Positions 42,033 through 55,182 of a DNA stretch of 64,000 nt are shown piece after piece. Origin of the DNA: the human T2T-CHM13v2.0 reference genome, Homo sapiens. The stretch is taken from the NCBI RefSeq assembly GCF_009914755.1, contig NC_060925.1, one strand, 5' to 3'. Made by a program: the position numbers and the translations under genes. The notes beneath the pieces were generated by a model that did no database searches, had not been told where the DNA came from, and was given only the letters and a program-made list of their open reading frames with translations. The stretch's first letter is position 1, and each line of letters starts with the position of its first letter.

Positions 42033-44636
42033 CTGAGGTAGGAAATAGCCAAAAAACCGTGACATATGGCAAAACTGGGTTTGTGGGCACTGGAGCCAGA
42101 CCAGAGCTGAATGGTGCCCCACGGAGCCATTTAACAGCCAAGGCAAGCTCAAGAGGCCATGACAGACTAGCACAATGAGCCTGGTGCCCATGGTCACAAG
42201 AAAGGAAAACCACTGGACCCTTTCAGAACTGGACCAAACCTATCCACTCCCCAAGCTTTCCTCTGCCCTGGGATAAAATGCATTTTTCTGCTTGGTCCCT
42301 CTGAACATGCAACTCTTCATATGAAGAAGAAAAGGCTGGTGATCCACCTATCTACTGTCAATCACTATCATTAAATATGCACAGTTTGTCTTCTAAAAAC
42401 ACAATTTATTGTTTTAATTCATTTCTCTAGGAGTTAATCACTCAGTATAATTCCATCCTCCTCTCCCCACCAAAATACTTTTTAAGAACTCCAGTACATT
42501 CTTTTCTTGGGCCAATGGAACCAAATTCCATTCAGTTTGCCACCCTACCTCCTGTCCCCATCCCTGATTAAAACAAGACAAAACAAAATCACAATAGGTT
42601 TTTCTGACCAAGATGACATGCTTAGTGACAAAAATGTAGAATACATTTTGATCACGAAGAAGAATGAAAAAATGCCACTATAATTCCACTCCCCAGAGGA
42701 AAGTACTCCTCTTTGATTTAGAAGAGGGAGAGCACAGTGAAGCTCCTGGTGCAGTCTGGGTAGGACATGGAAACCTGCATTGTTTTCAGAGCAGAGGTAA
42801 CTCTCATGATCAGCTAGGAAGACGCAATGGAGTGAAGGAGGCCGGAGCTAGAAGAAGCCTGAGCTTGCTCCGTGGACTAGAAGGCTAGCCTTGTGGATTG
42901 AGGCAGGTCACAGAGCCTTGTCATAGAATCACAGAACTGAGAACAGAAGCACAAGTGGAGCTGGTATCCAATCTCTCCACTTTACAGATGAAAAAAATGA
43001 GGCCTGGAGATGTTTGATGACTGGACAAACATCAGACCCTAATTTTCAGGAGCAGGGCTAACATTCAAGTGTCTTTCTTAAGTTCTTCTTGGGAATTTGC
43101 TTACAGTGAGATGAATGGCCTCGTTCTTATTTCAACTGGCGGAAATATTTCACAGAGTTGTGCAGGACCAGATCATGGCCTCTTATTCTGATAATCCAAA
43201 ATGACTAATATTATTAATATTACAAATCACTCAGAAATATTTGGGATGTAAAATATTACACAAGTCATAGAATTATTAAGAAAAAACCCTTTCAATTGTA
43301 TGATCCAAATATGACACAATCTAAGAGTCTTCTAAAAATGACTTGCTTGACACTAAAGTGTAAAACTGTTTGTCAGGAGATAAATTAATTATTAGTTAAT
43401 TAACTTTAAAGAGAGGAAGTATTTGAAAAGCATCTAATGGAAATTTCAGAACAATGCTGAACATGGGTAATATGCAATAAAGATCTAGCAGCAGATGGCA
43501 GATCTGGGTGGGGCCAAGATAGGCACAGGAGGGCCGTGGGAGGGTATATTCCTCTCTGCCCACTCTCCCTCTGTGCCTACTTACCACAATGTGCTTCCGC
43601 CCCCTCTCTGCACCTTTATTCAATGTTCCTTTACCTTGCCTTCCTTCCTCTACCTCTGCTCATAAACATCCTACTCCTCTCTTCAAGGCCCAGTTCAAAT
43701 TTCACCCTAATGTCCTGGAACTCCCACACAGCTTCCTGAGCTGGGGTCTGCAGGTGTTTCCTTATGGGCTGGATAAGTTCCATGTCCCATTCGTGTATGC
43801 ACTGCTATTTTTCAAGCATGCAGAGATGCCGCTGTGATGCATATGTGTTTGATACATTAATTCATAAGCCTTACTGAAGTGAAGGAAGGAGCTGAACAGA
43901 GCGATGATGCCTGAAAGGCGAGGGCCAGAGGGCCTGGGTTTGGAGCCCGACTCTACCACAACTAGCTCTGGAATCTCAGCAAGTTACCGAATTTCTGCCT
44001 CAGTATTATCATCTGTAAAATGGAGATCATAAAAGCAATTATGGTGAGGATTAAATGAGTTTACTATATTACAAGTGCTTACAACTCTGGAAGTGGCCCC
44101 TTGGAAGAACTCAGTAACTGTTAGCTCTTATTGTACCTGTTGGCATTATCGTTTTTTCCAGTCCCCCGACACTAGACCTGTGCTCTCATTATGAGGGGCC
44201 CACATAGCTTCTTGAGGTTGAAATGGGATCTATGCTCACATTGGGAACCACTGTGCTCTTTGTTCTACCGCTGGTAGGAAGATGTTTTTCCTTCTGTCTC
44301 AGCATCTGTGACATGCTTTGTATCCTCCTCTCCTTGTAAAATCACGTTGTCTTCTTTGAGTCATTCCAGCCATTGTACTCAGCAGAAGTAGAATAAATAC
44401 TTATTGAATGAATAAATAATTGTGCAGCAGAACTAAAGCTCAGGGGCTTTACTCCCAAGAGTCATATGGGAGGAAATAGACAGATCACCATTTAATACTC
44501 CCCAGGTTTTTTTTTAGAAATACAAAGCCCTTTATTAATGCAGCCGAAAGCGCACTTCCTTGTTTTAAAGGTGGAGCACTGGATGCCTAGTTAAAATGTG
44601 TTTCTGATATTTCATTTTATTTATTTTTCATTTTTT

Positions 44637-44696
44637 GGGCTTTCCAGCAAAAACTGGAAAGCCTGCTAGACAAATTCTAAAAGAGCTGTAACACTG
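44637..44696 (-). pseudogene. U7 snRNA retrocopy (RNU7-type pseudogene) in intron 8, sense to NIBAN1
   Basis: Minus strand reads CAGTGTTACAGCTCTTTTAGAATTTGTCTAGCAGGCTTTCCAGTTTTTGCTGGAAAGCCC; A-rich tail 44619-44636; 12-bp TSD ATATT(T/C)CATTTT at 44607-44618 and 44697-44708 followed by AA (L1 endonuclease-type site). Confidence 0.92.
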
Positions 44697-45531
44697 ATAT
44701 TCCATTTTAAAAAGACTTGATCATTACTTCCTTTTACGGCTTCTTTTAGGAAATAAATACTAATTCAGGGCAAAATCTTTTTCCATCATATGTGGATACA
44801 CCGGAGCCACAGAGATTTAAGCAAAGGATGACAATTTAGTTTCAGCCATGAGAACGGCTACAGTTAGGCCCAACTTAGCTCCAGATAGCAGAAATTTTGG
44901 CACAGAAGTTGAGCACTGGTAGTTTTAAGTAGTACAAAGTATTTCAATATATAGTCAACTCTAGATTAGTTGTACTAATGGAGGAATAAGAGACACAGAT
45001 AGTAGAAAACATCAAATACTCTGAGGTTAATGTAGAGCTGGCTTTGGAAAGGATGGCGTAAATAGACACCCAGAGATACACAGACACACACACCAGTGCT
45101 GGAGCTGTGCCTCCTCAAACCTCCTCTCAGCAGGACCTGTGCTAAGAACCCTGAAGCAAGCTGGGCTGCAGTGGAAAGGGGGCCTGAACTGCAGAGGCTA
45201 ATCCACAAAGCCGACAGCCCCGAGACTCTAAGCCTCCTGAGCACAGGAATAGGGTGTTCCTCGGTCACTGCTAAAGCTCCATTGTCTCGCTTGGAAAGCA
45301 CTTAGTCCACAGTTTCTAATGAATGAATGAGTGAGTGAGGGAATAATCTGAGAACTTTCTAGGAAGACTGTCAATAAACAATCACAGATGAGCCTGCAAG
45401 CTTCTCCTCTGAAGTGACACTAGGTCACTAGGTACGGGTGTGTTTGTTGGGTTGTAGAGGCCCCAGATAGAATGGAGAACCATAGAATTTCATTCTGTAG
45501 GATTCCTTAGAGGCCATCTAAGGTCTCTTGT

Positions 45532-45752
45532 ATGGGAATAGGCAAACTGTTTTCTGTAAAGGACCAAATAGTAAATATTTGTGCCTTTGTGGTCCGTAAG
45601 GTCTCAGTTCCAACTATTCACTTCTGTTGTAGCACAAAAGCAGCCACAGACAATACATAAATGAATGTGCCTGGCTGTGTGCCAAGAAAACATTATTTAC
45701 AAAAACAGGTGGTGGCCCAATATGGCTCAAGGGCTTCAGTTTGCCAATCCCA
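45532..45752. mobile_element. MER58A-like hAT-Charlie element
   Basis: ggcaaactgttttctgtaaaggaccaaatagtaaatattt...aaacattatttacaaaaacaggtgg...agtttgccaatccc; a second copy lies at ~26502-26680. Confidence 0.7.
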
Positions 45753-46373
45753 CTCCTGTGGGTCCTCCTAATTTCAGAGGAGGACACTGAGCTAAACAGA
45801 AGGTGAGTGACCTCCCCAATTATGCATGGACTGCCTAATATTGGAGTTGGGGCTACAAACCTACATTTATTGGGTTTGTAGGGTGACTGGGTATGACTCC
45901 AAGCCAAAATTTTGGGCTTTCATGTTAGAGGAAAATCCATATATTAATTGATTTGAATATTTGCTGAGTCTGTATATGCCAGGCGTGACACCAGGCCCTG
46001 GGTGTACTTGAGTAAACCAGGGTGACATGGCTCTGCTCTTTGAGAGCTTACGGCAGAGAGGAGGTGGAGCAGAAGCCAGTCTAATTCAGTGTCAAGGGTG
46101 CTACAATGGGGGTTGGGGGTGCAGGCAGTATCAAATACACAGGCACTGCCAAAGGCAAGAAACAAACTTTCCTCTGCCTTGTGTCCATGAAGCTTCCACG
46201 GGAAGGCCCAGGCCCCTAATGGTACCTCCAGCATGTTCCTGTTGCAGCTGTGATCACCTCCTCCCAATTTCTTAAGTGTAATTATCCTCTGAAACCATGC
46301 ATTCCTGCTATGTGGTGGATCCCTGCATGTACAGCTTATTTAATTAGTAAGAGCATGGATTATCTCTACTGAC

Positions 46374-46536
46374 CTTTGATCTTTCCAATTAAATAGTTCT
46401 TTGAGTTCACAATCTGATCCATGTCAGAACGGATCGTTCCTTCCAGGCCCTTTGTCAGAGCTCTGCATTCCTCCTTCAAGGCACTTAATCCTTCTGAAAC
46501 TTGATGCTGAACCAGGGTGTAGGCCTCCTCGAGGAG
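46374..46536 (-). CDS. NIBAN1: NIBAN1 exon 8, 163 bp: LLEEAYTLVQHQVSEGLSALKEECRALTKGLEGTIRSDMDQIVNSKNYLIGKIK
   Basis: ttgcag| acceptor, |gtcagt donor; 308-bp intron separates it from exon 7. Confidence 0.96.
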
Positions 46537-46844
46537 CTGCAACAAGGAATAACACATAAATCAGGGCTCTGTCACGTGTAAGCACTGATGGAGTCAAGTG
46601 GAGGGAGGAGCCTTCATCACAGGCCATCATAACAAACAGAACTGCACACACATTGTAATTTTTCTTTCAAAGTTGGAGTCTGTTTGGAACAGTCTTCTTG
46701 TAAGTGAGACTCAGCAGGTTCGAAGTAGGCATTTCTACACCCAGGGAAGGGAATATCAACAACAACAACAAATGCCCTAAAAGAAAAGGGAAGAGAATGT
46801 TCCCATTTTGAGTAGCTCAGTTGTAGAGCAAAACCATTGCTTAC

Positions 46845-46949
46845 ACCAAGCCACGTCCTCTTTCTGTCATTCTTCTTCCCCTTCATCTTAGGCAGCAGGT
46901 CTGTCTGAAGAGTGGGCAGGAGCTCCTCCATCACCAGGTTACTCAGGAT
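46845..46949 (-). CDS. NIBAN1: NIBAN1 exon 7, 105 bp: ILSNLVMEELLPTLQTDLLPKMKGKKNDRKRTWLG
   Basis: gcgcag| acceptor, |gtaagc donor; phase 0/0, in frame with neighbouring exons. Confidence 0.96.
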
Positions 46950-47478
46950 CTGCGCAGCAGAAGACAGCCCAGAGTCGGTCAGTCGGTGATGGCTACATCT
47001 GAGCATCAGGCCAACTAAAAATGTCCTGATTGGCTGTCCCTGTCCCGGACCAGATGAACTCTGTAGTAGGTTAATAGTTTAACCTACTACAGAGGCCACA
47101 GAAATCTCAACTAAGACAATCTTAGAGGCTGAACATTCTTAAACATCCGCAAGGAACAGTAACATCTGCTGATATTCTCACCTTGTTGTTTTCCCAATGT
47201 AAATAACAAATTCCCCAAATTCGAACTTCACATATTCAAACTAGAAGAACTTAGGGCATACAGTAAAATGAAAGAGTTCAATAATGGATAAGGACATCTT
47301 CAGCAAAATTGTGAAGGAATTGCAAGGCTTGGTTTTGGTGGCTTGCATCTTAGTCTGTGTCCCCTGGGACTATCATTCCTCCTAAGCCCTTCATGATCAA
47401 GGTATCAAAGTATCTCCATGCTCTTCGTCCCCACTGTCCCCCAAGCCCCATTGTCATCCTCTTTAATGTTTAGTAAAC

Positions 47479-48650
47479 GAAGGGAGGAGCAGTGTGAAGA
47501 AGTGAGAATGACGTCTAGACCGACCAGAGCCCAGGTACCACTGCATCCCACCATGCAGTGCCTTCATCCAGCACTGGAGAAAGTCTGAGGGGATGCTCCA
47601 AGAGATACAGCCACATTGAAGGATAAACCACAGAGAAGATCAGCAAGGTTGTCTGCTTGACCTGCTTCTCCACAGCCAGAACCCAAGCCCCAAAAGGCCC
47701 CTGCTAAGAAGGAAGAGAAGGTACGCAGAAGGAAAAAAGGGAAAGGCTGGCACTGGCAAAGAGGGAAATAATCCTGCAGAAAATGGAGATGCCAGAACAG
47801 ACCAGGCACAGAAAGCTGACGATGCTGGAGATGCCAGGGGAAGTGTGTGCGTTTTTGATAACTGTGTACTTCTGGTAACCATACAATTGGAAATACTATT
47901 TTTTTTTAAATGGAGTTTTATAAAAATGTAGAATGTTGTCTTACTTTTCTTAAAGCTATGTTATTATTACACAGAACATTTCATTTTTTCGGGGGGAAGG
48001 GGCATATGTCACTAATAGAATGTCTCCGAAGCTGGATTAATGTGGGGAAACACCTTTTCTTCCAGTTTTGAGAAACTTCCTCTTGGCTCCCAGGAGGGGG
48101 ATTCCTGGCATTGACACACATAGCTACCTTGGCACAAACACCTTATGGTGTGGGAAAACTAAAATTCATTATTTCTTCTTCTCCCTCTCTGCCTTTAGTA
48201 TGGTCTCAACTTCCTTAAACCCAGAGACCTGTTGGGACCTGACACCTAAAATTAATTAGCAGTCAGGTGGCCATCTGGACCTTCCAGTGACCCCTATTGA
48301 GAGGGCAGCTCTCAAAACAACAGCAGTTCCTTTTTTAGATTGTGGATCTCCAGACTGATGATTCTGCCATTTTCATTTCATTTCCTGAAAGTCAAGATTG
48401 GCTCATGAAAAGTTGTTAAACAACATGCTACATGTGAAATGTCAACCCTCACTGCAATGGAGAGTCTAAGCAAATGAAGATTTCACTGGGTTTTATACAG
48501 CTGTCTGATTTTGGTTCATTGAAGAAGAGAGTTTGGAAGTTGTTGTATACTGTTAGCAATTGTCTGCTCATGGCCTGTCTAATATACGATGATTGCTTAC
48601 AAAAAGCATCTTTAATAAGACTGGATACAGTTTGAAAAAGGAAAAAGAAG
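47479..48650 (+). pseudogene. HMGN2 processed pseudogene in NIBAN1 intron 6, antisense to the host gene
   Basis: Intronless copy with 5'UTR (ggaggagcagtgtgaagaag), CDS relic encoding RRSARLSA (47634-47657) then TGA (47658-60), ...[17 protein letters not shown]..., the HMGN2-like 3'UTR (ttgataactgtgtacttctgg...tttaataagactggatacagtttg) and an A-rich tail; start-codon region deleted; frameshifted. Confidence 0.9.
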
Positions 48651-49597
48651 GCAATAACCAATATTTTGGAACAAACAAATATTTGGAACATTTATGGGAG
48701 GGTATGAGATAATTAATGGGACTGAAACAAAGAAAAAGGAAAAAATAAAAAAAGAATATGGGAGGGAGTGTCTAAATTTTTCAAGTGTTTTTAAAAAATG
48801 TGTTCCCACATCACTCCTAAAATTTTGCTTGGCTCAATTAAACTATTTCTTGTGAATCTGAGCAGTATTCTACACATCCACTCATGCTACTGGCCCTTCC
48901 TTCTTTACCCCTGCTCCTGAATTGCAGCAGCTTTGCTGTTCAGATTCACTTTCACCACGAGTCTTTCAAGGCCCACAGCTCAGCTTGCAATCATAGGCTG
49001 CACACTAAGATTTACAAAAGGGGAAGCACAGTTTTAGGAAGGGAAGCAGGCAGAAAAGTAGGGAATCACTTGAAACATCTGTTCTATGAGTTTGAAATAA
49101 TATTTGTCCAAAATAACTGACCTCCTCCTTTCACTTCTCATAAAAATTCAAATTATGCTTTGGGAATTAAGGAAGATTTGCTCTGAGGTCACTGGTCACT
49201 AGTGGAAATGCCCGTGAGCTCATTTGATCTTGCCTTTAATCAGGGCTCTGTCGCAGCAAGGTGTAACGCTTTCACTGAAGCAAATAGAAACACTCTCAGG
49301 GTGGAGGTGGACGAGCTCTCCAGTCCCACTGTGCCTGTGGGTTGCTGGCAGAGAAGGTGCTTAGCTCTGGGCAGCAAGTGGGGCTCCTGTCATCTGCCAA
49401 GTGGATCTGCCTGGCGTGACAAAAGTTATGATGGGGACAGAGTTTCCACTAGCCCTGGTAATTCACTGGTGGGGATGTTTTTGACCTTTCTTCAGCCTTC
49501 TCTGGGGGCAGTCAAGAGATGAATCACCATTTTCTGTGGTGTTTAAGAGTAACCTAACATGCACAAAACTCCATGGAAATTAGCAGGTCCAACAATT

Positions 49598-49643
49598 ATT
49601 GAAAGTAATGGCAAGAACCGCAATTACTTTTGCACCAACCTAA
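49598..49643. mobile_element. Half MADE1 (one TIR plus spacer)
   Basis: gaaagtaatggcaagaaccgcaattacttttgcaccaacctaa followed by TA. Confidence 0.8.
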
Positions 49644-50074
49644 TAGATTCAGTGGGTAATTAATAATCCACCAGCCCACCCTGCTCAATGGGATAAGTTC
49701 TTGTTTGGAACACATCTGCCGAAAGTGTGGTATGGGAAGAGTGAGCCAAGAGGAAGAGAGACCAATGCCAGAATTTAAAATCAGTGGGTTGACATTATGA
49801 AACTCAAGGGTCATAAGAATTGTCCCAATTCATCCTTTTGCAGAGACTGGTTAGAATTTTAGCATAAGTGTGAAATGGGTTTGAAAATATGAAAATGTTA
49901 TATATAAAGGCCAAAGAAAAATAATGTTCCATTTGGGTGGGCTTATAGTTTTGTTTAGTCTTTCCCACACAATGTTCCAAGAAATTTGGCTCTATGTTAC
50001 AACTTAGGGAATTAAAGGAAATATGTCTGCGAGGAAAAAGAGAGGGTGGGAGTGGGTTACGAGTGGCGGGGGGG

Positions 50075-50436
50075 TGATATGGTTTGGCTGTGTCCCCACC
50101 TAAATCTCATCTTGAATTGTAGCTCCTATAATTCCCATGTGTTGTGTGGGGGACCTGGTGGGAGATAATTGAATCCTAGGGGCTGTTTCCCCCATACTGT
50201 TCTAGTGGTAGTGAATAAGTCTCACCAGATCTGATGATTTTATAAGGGGTTTCCCCTTTCATTTGGCTCTCATTCTCTCTTGTCTGCTGCCATGTAAGAT
50301 GCGCCTTTCACCTTCCTCCATGATTGTGAGGCCTCACCAGTAACATGGAACTGAGAGTCCATTAAAACCCTTTTTCTTTATAAATTACCCAGTCTCGGTT
50401 ATGTCTTTATCAGCAGCATGAAAACGGACTAATACA
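50075..50436 (+). mobile_element. THE1 (ERVL-MaLR) solo LTR
   Basis: TGATATGGTTTGGCTGTGTCCCCACC...GGACTAATACA; 5-bp TSD GGGGG/GTGGG. Confidence 0.9.
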
Positions 50437-52026
50437 GTGGGGGAGTGGGGCTCAGGGAATAGCCACAGGGCAGCAGAGCCTGTGGGTGCTGAAGCTCAAG
50501 TGCATCGCATCCCAACCACCATCCTCATCCTCCGACTTTCAGCCCCACCCTGCCCTGATCGAGTGCTGCCTGTCACCTCCCCAGAGCCCACTCTGGCATT
50601 CCCTACCATGGTCTGCCTTCCACAAGCAGAGTCTTAAGGTCTTGGGCTTTTCTAGAGAAAGTAGCTAATCTAATAAATAAATTGTAATAATGAAGGAATT
50701 CCCTAGCCTCTTCCCCTCAGAACAGTATCCACTGAATTTTAACATAAGTGACCTAAAAATACTTCAGTTTTTTTTTTTTTTTTTTTTTTTTAATGGGGGG
50801 TGTTGGCAAGGGCAGTGTTTTGTATACTTAACTGCTAGGACTTGGAGATTTAAAAATTCTATCACTCCTACAAGAAACTAAGCATGTCACTAGGTTGATC
50901 AAAACCAACAAACCCGGGATCGCCCCTTGAAGGCCACACCACAGTGCTTCCTTTCAGATGCTGAGCTGTCAGGAAGGTGTGGGGTCCAGAGAGACCACCC
51001 TCCTTCCTGAAGCAGGCCCCGCAGTCTCACCAGGCTGCTGGTCCAGGCCCCTTGCATTACTGAGTGGCCGTGGGTGAAAAAATCCAGTCAAAAGGAGTCA
51101 CACTTAAGATCTTTCAGCAAAAGACAACTCTGGAGCACGTGGACAAGGCCTAAAAATGCGGGTAGTTTTGTTTTTTTTTTTTTTTTTTTTTTTCCGTCTT
51201 GAAACTGTTCTGTGGGAATTATGAGCTGTTCTCTAGCCCATCTTGGTATTTTAAAAGCAAATAATAAATATATCACATAGCTAGAGATACTTTACAGTTG
51301 CAAAGCCCTTTCCCTCATGATCTCATTTGATATATTTATATTGACAAGTAGAAAATATGTTGATGTTTTTACTGGCATACAAATATTTTCACCTTAACAG
51401 TCTGCCAGGCAAGTTATTCTGAGATAGTTGCTTTGCCTGAGCACTTGCCTAAAATAACCATCGCTATGAGGGCCTTCCATTCTTGCTGTGTGAGTCATTA
51501 CTATGAAGGTAATGGAGCAAGGCTGGAAGTCTGAATGCAGGCCCCTAGGGTAGAGGGGTTCAGGACAGGGTTAAGATTAAGGTGTTAGCAGACAGGAAGA
51601 AAAAATGCAAATAAACCCAGCACTTTAAACAAAAGATGTCATTTTCTCAAACTCAGTTATGCTATGCCATTTTCTTTAACCACTTGGTAGCTTCTCCGGG
51701 CCCCTGGCCTCTTTTTTCTATGAGTCTTAGGGTAGACACTGCTTTACTGTTATGCACCATGTCTTAGAGTCTGAGGGGAACTATAATCCTTACCTGGCCT
51801 CACACAGTAAGCTTTAGAGGCCATTTCCTTTTACCAGCTTCTCCAAGCCGGTTTAAAATGCATTTCTGTAACAGACTAGTTTTCTGACTTCAGCCAACTG
51901 CTCTGAATGTTCTTTCTCTTACCTGTAGGGTGCTGGACAAATAATCCTGAAATGCCCCTCCAGCATTCACATTTTATTAGTCTGTTATTTTACCAAAACA
52001 CTTAAATTCTGAGAGAAGCAAAACCA

Positions 52027-52315
52027 TTTTTTTTTTTTTGAGACAGGGTCTCTCTGTTGCCCAGTGTAGTGGCACAATCACAGCTCACTGCATCCTTGAC
52101 CTCATGGGCTCAAATGATCCTACTGTCTTGGTTTCCCAAATAGCTGGGACTACCTGCACATACCACTGTTCCCAGCTAATTTGTACAAAACTTTTTGAAG
52201 AGATAGGGTCTTGCTATGTTGCCCAGGCTAATCTCGAACTCCCGGATTCAAGCAGTCCTCCCAACTTGGCCTTCCAAAGTGCTAAGATTACAGGTATGAG
52301 CCACCACACCCAGCC
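52027..52315 (-). mobile_element. AluJ, intron 6
   Basis: Diverged Alu consensus. Confidence 0.82.
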
Positions 52316-52680
52316 CCTGTGAAACTTCTTAGTGGGACACTTGATACCTCCAGTGATTTCTGATCTCTTTTCTGCTTTTTTTGTTTTGTTTTGCTTTCCC
52401 ACTTAAAATGTTTTTTATCCTGCAAAACTAGGAGCTTACTATGACCACTTGCACAAATGCTTTACAATCTCCATCTATATAGAGACCCATATACATATAC
52501 CCCACACACATATGTGCCTTGTCTTCTGCATGTTTTCTATGTGTGTCTCGCCTCACCATGATGGCAAGGGACGAGTCATTTCTCTCTCTTCCAACTTACA
52601 CCACTTAGCACATAATCAGCCTGAAGCCAAAACAAACTCAAACTCAACTCCCAGAAAGGATTTATTAAATACATATACTC

Positions 52681-52982
52681 TTTTTTTTTTTTTTTTTTTT
52701 TGAGATGGAGTCTCATACTGTCACCTGGGCTGGAGTAGGGTGGCATGATCTTGGCTCACTGCAACCTCCGCCTCCCAGGTTTAAGCAATTCTCCTTGCCT
52801 CAGCCTCCCAAGCAGCTGGGATTACAGGACCGCCACCATGCCCAGCTAATTTTTTTCTATTTTTAGTAGAGACAGGGTTTCACTGTGTTGGCCAGGCTGG
52901 TCTCGAACTCCTGGTCTTGTGATCTGCCCGCCTTGGCCTCCCAAAGTGCTAAGATTACAAGCGTGAGCCACTGCGCCTGGCC
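52681..52982 (-). mobile_element. Alu (S-type), intron 6
   Basis: Alu consensus. Confidence 0.9.
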
Positions 52983-53936
52983 TAAATATCTATTTTCAAT
53001 GGCATCATGGAGGAATGTAAGTTCACATTAGTTTCCAAGTGAAAGAAAAAAGTGAAGCAAGTGGCATAGCTGAACTCAAGGAGCTATTAAAAAATAAATG
53101 TGTAACTTAGTATATTCCCATGGTTGGTGTTGGTCTTTCACTCGGCCAGGATCAGAAGCCATCATTGCCTTTGCATTTGTCCACTTAGCATGTAACTCTG
53201 AAACTATCAGCTCCACAGGGCCAGGACCATTCTGTCTTGTCCATCTCTGGGTCACTAGCCCCCAGCACATTGCCCGGCATAGAGTCAGTGCTCAGTAAAT
53301 AGTAGTTGAATGAATGAGACTAGGCAAGTCACTTAGCTGTTATATGCTTCCCTCAGTTTTCTCATTTACAAAATTGAAATAACAATAACTGCCTTACCCA
53401 TCTCATAAGATTGGCAAGACAAACATCATTAGGTTTCGAACATTGTCAAGTATCACACAAAAGCATTTGACTACTCATCTATCTATTAACTATGTTGGCT
53501 TACATGGCAGGCCAGCCAGTGTCAAGTGCTTCAGCCTCCCCTTCTGACACTTTTGTTTTTCTTAATGGCATAAGTACATAACTATTTAGTTCTCTCACAC
53601 TTATGAATGGCTGTGCTTCCCCAAAATATCAGAAACCAAGACTTGTTTAAAATTCTGAAAGAAGCAAGTCTCAGGTTGGGAAATAGATGAGTTTAGAATC
53701 TACCAGACAGAAAAAAAAAGAGAGAGAGAGAAAGAGAAGATTCTGATGGTAAACACATGTTTTCATATGGTGAAACAATAAAGAAGAGCTCCCTCATGAG
53801 TTTTCAGCATTAGCTGTTTAATGACCACACAGAGGCAAGGCACCATTCAGCATCCTCCAAATATTGTTCTCTAATAATGAATTTCACTAGCTCCCAAAAG
53901 AGGTACCCTAGGAGATGTGGAAAAAAAAAATAGTGG

Positions 53937-54256
<320 letters not shown>

Positions 54257-55066
54257 TTATGTAAATATGCCCGTACCCAGCCTCCTCTTCTTGGGTGAAG
54301 CAGCCATGTGACTGGTGTCATCATGGAGGCTGGGGTCACATCACAAAGCAGTTTCCTTAGATTTATAATACTGTCCCTGGGACCAAGCCCACTGAAGTGC
54401 TTAGGCCATGATTGGCATCTAGTCAGGATCATGAGGAATTATAATGTACCACAGGGCACAGAAAACTAGAAAAGATAAATGAAATATATAGAAAACTGTC
54501 TAATGCTTTTTGAATTTGTTTTTTTCATTACTTCATTTACATATAATTCAATAAAGACAGCTGCGTACCAAATACTTCCCCAACTGCACTTCACTTGTCA
54601 CGATGATGCAAGGTAAACATTATTATTCTTATTTTTTCCAGAGGAGTAATCTAAGACTAAAAGAGGTTAAATAAGTTGGCATGACTGAAATCCAAGTTTG
54701 CGGACCCTAGCTAAAACCCTGTCATGCACTTCGCACTATTCCTCGGTACTCACACTTGATTCTAGTCTGGAAGCACGAGGTCATTTGAAAGAGTAATTCT
54801 TTTCATAGAAAACAGTGGAGGCAGCTCTTTCCACTGTAGTTGCCATGTTTTTGGCTGCCCTATTTCATGCCCAGTCTGGTGGTCTTTGTAGTAGGTGCCC
54901 AGTAGTTTCCTGACCAATGCTTGCAGACATGAGAGAGATGGTCTTTGGAACCACATCTTCCATACTTGCAACTTTTCTGTTTGATTGTTTAATAAAATGA
55001 CCCTGACTTCGTATCACCCAAATACCCAAACACAGAGAGAATCCAAAATTTTGAACCCCATATTAC

Positions 55067-55182
55067 CTGGATTTCATCCCCAGTGATCATTTCCCAGGAA
55101 CCATAGTGACCCTTCTCCTGTCGGAAGAATTGCACAGCTTCTAAAAAGGCTTGGGCTTCAAATGTCATCTGCTTCATGTAAT
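55067..55182 (-). CDS. NIBAN1: NIBAN1 coding exon (exon 6), 116 bp: (D)YMKQMTFEAQAFLEAVQFFRQEKGHYGSWEMITGDEIQ
   Basis: Acceptor ttctttag| and donor |gtaata on the minus strand; peptide lies inside ORF 54989..55237 and matches recalled Niban1 protein. Confidence 0.96.

Noticed and set aside
41590-42213. 207-aa minus-strand ORF extending exon 9 on both sides
   Set aside because: Canonical splice sites bound the exon; the extension runs through low-complexity repeat that lacks stops; no nearby poly(A) signal seen
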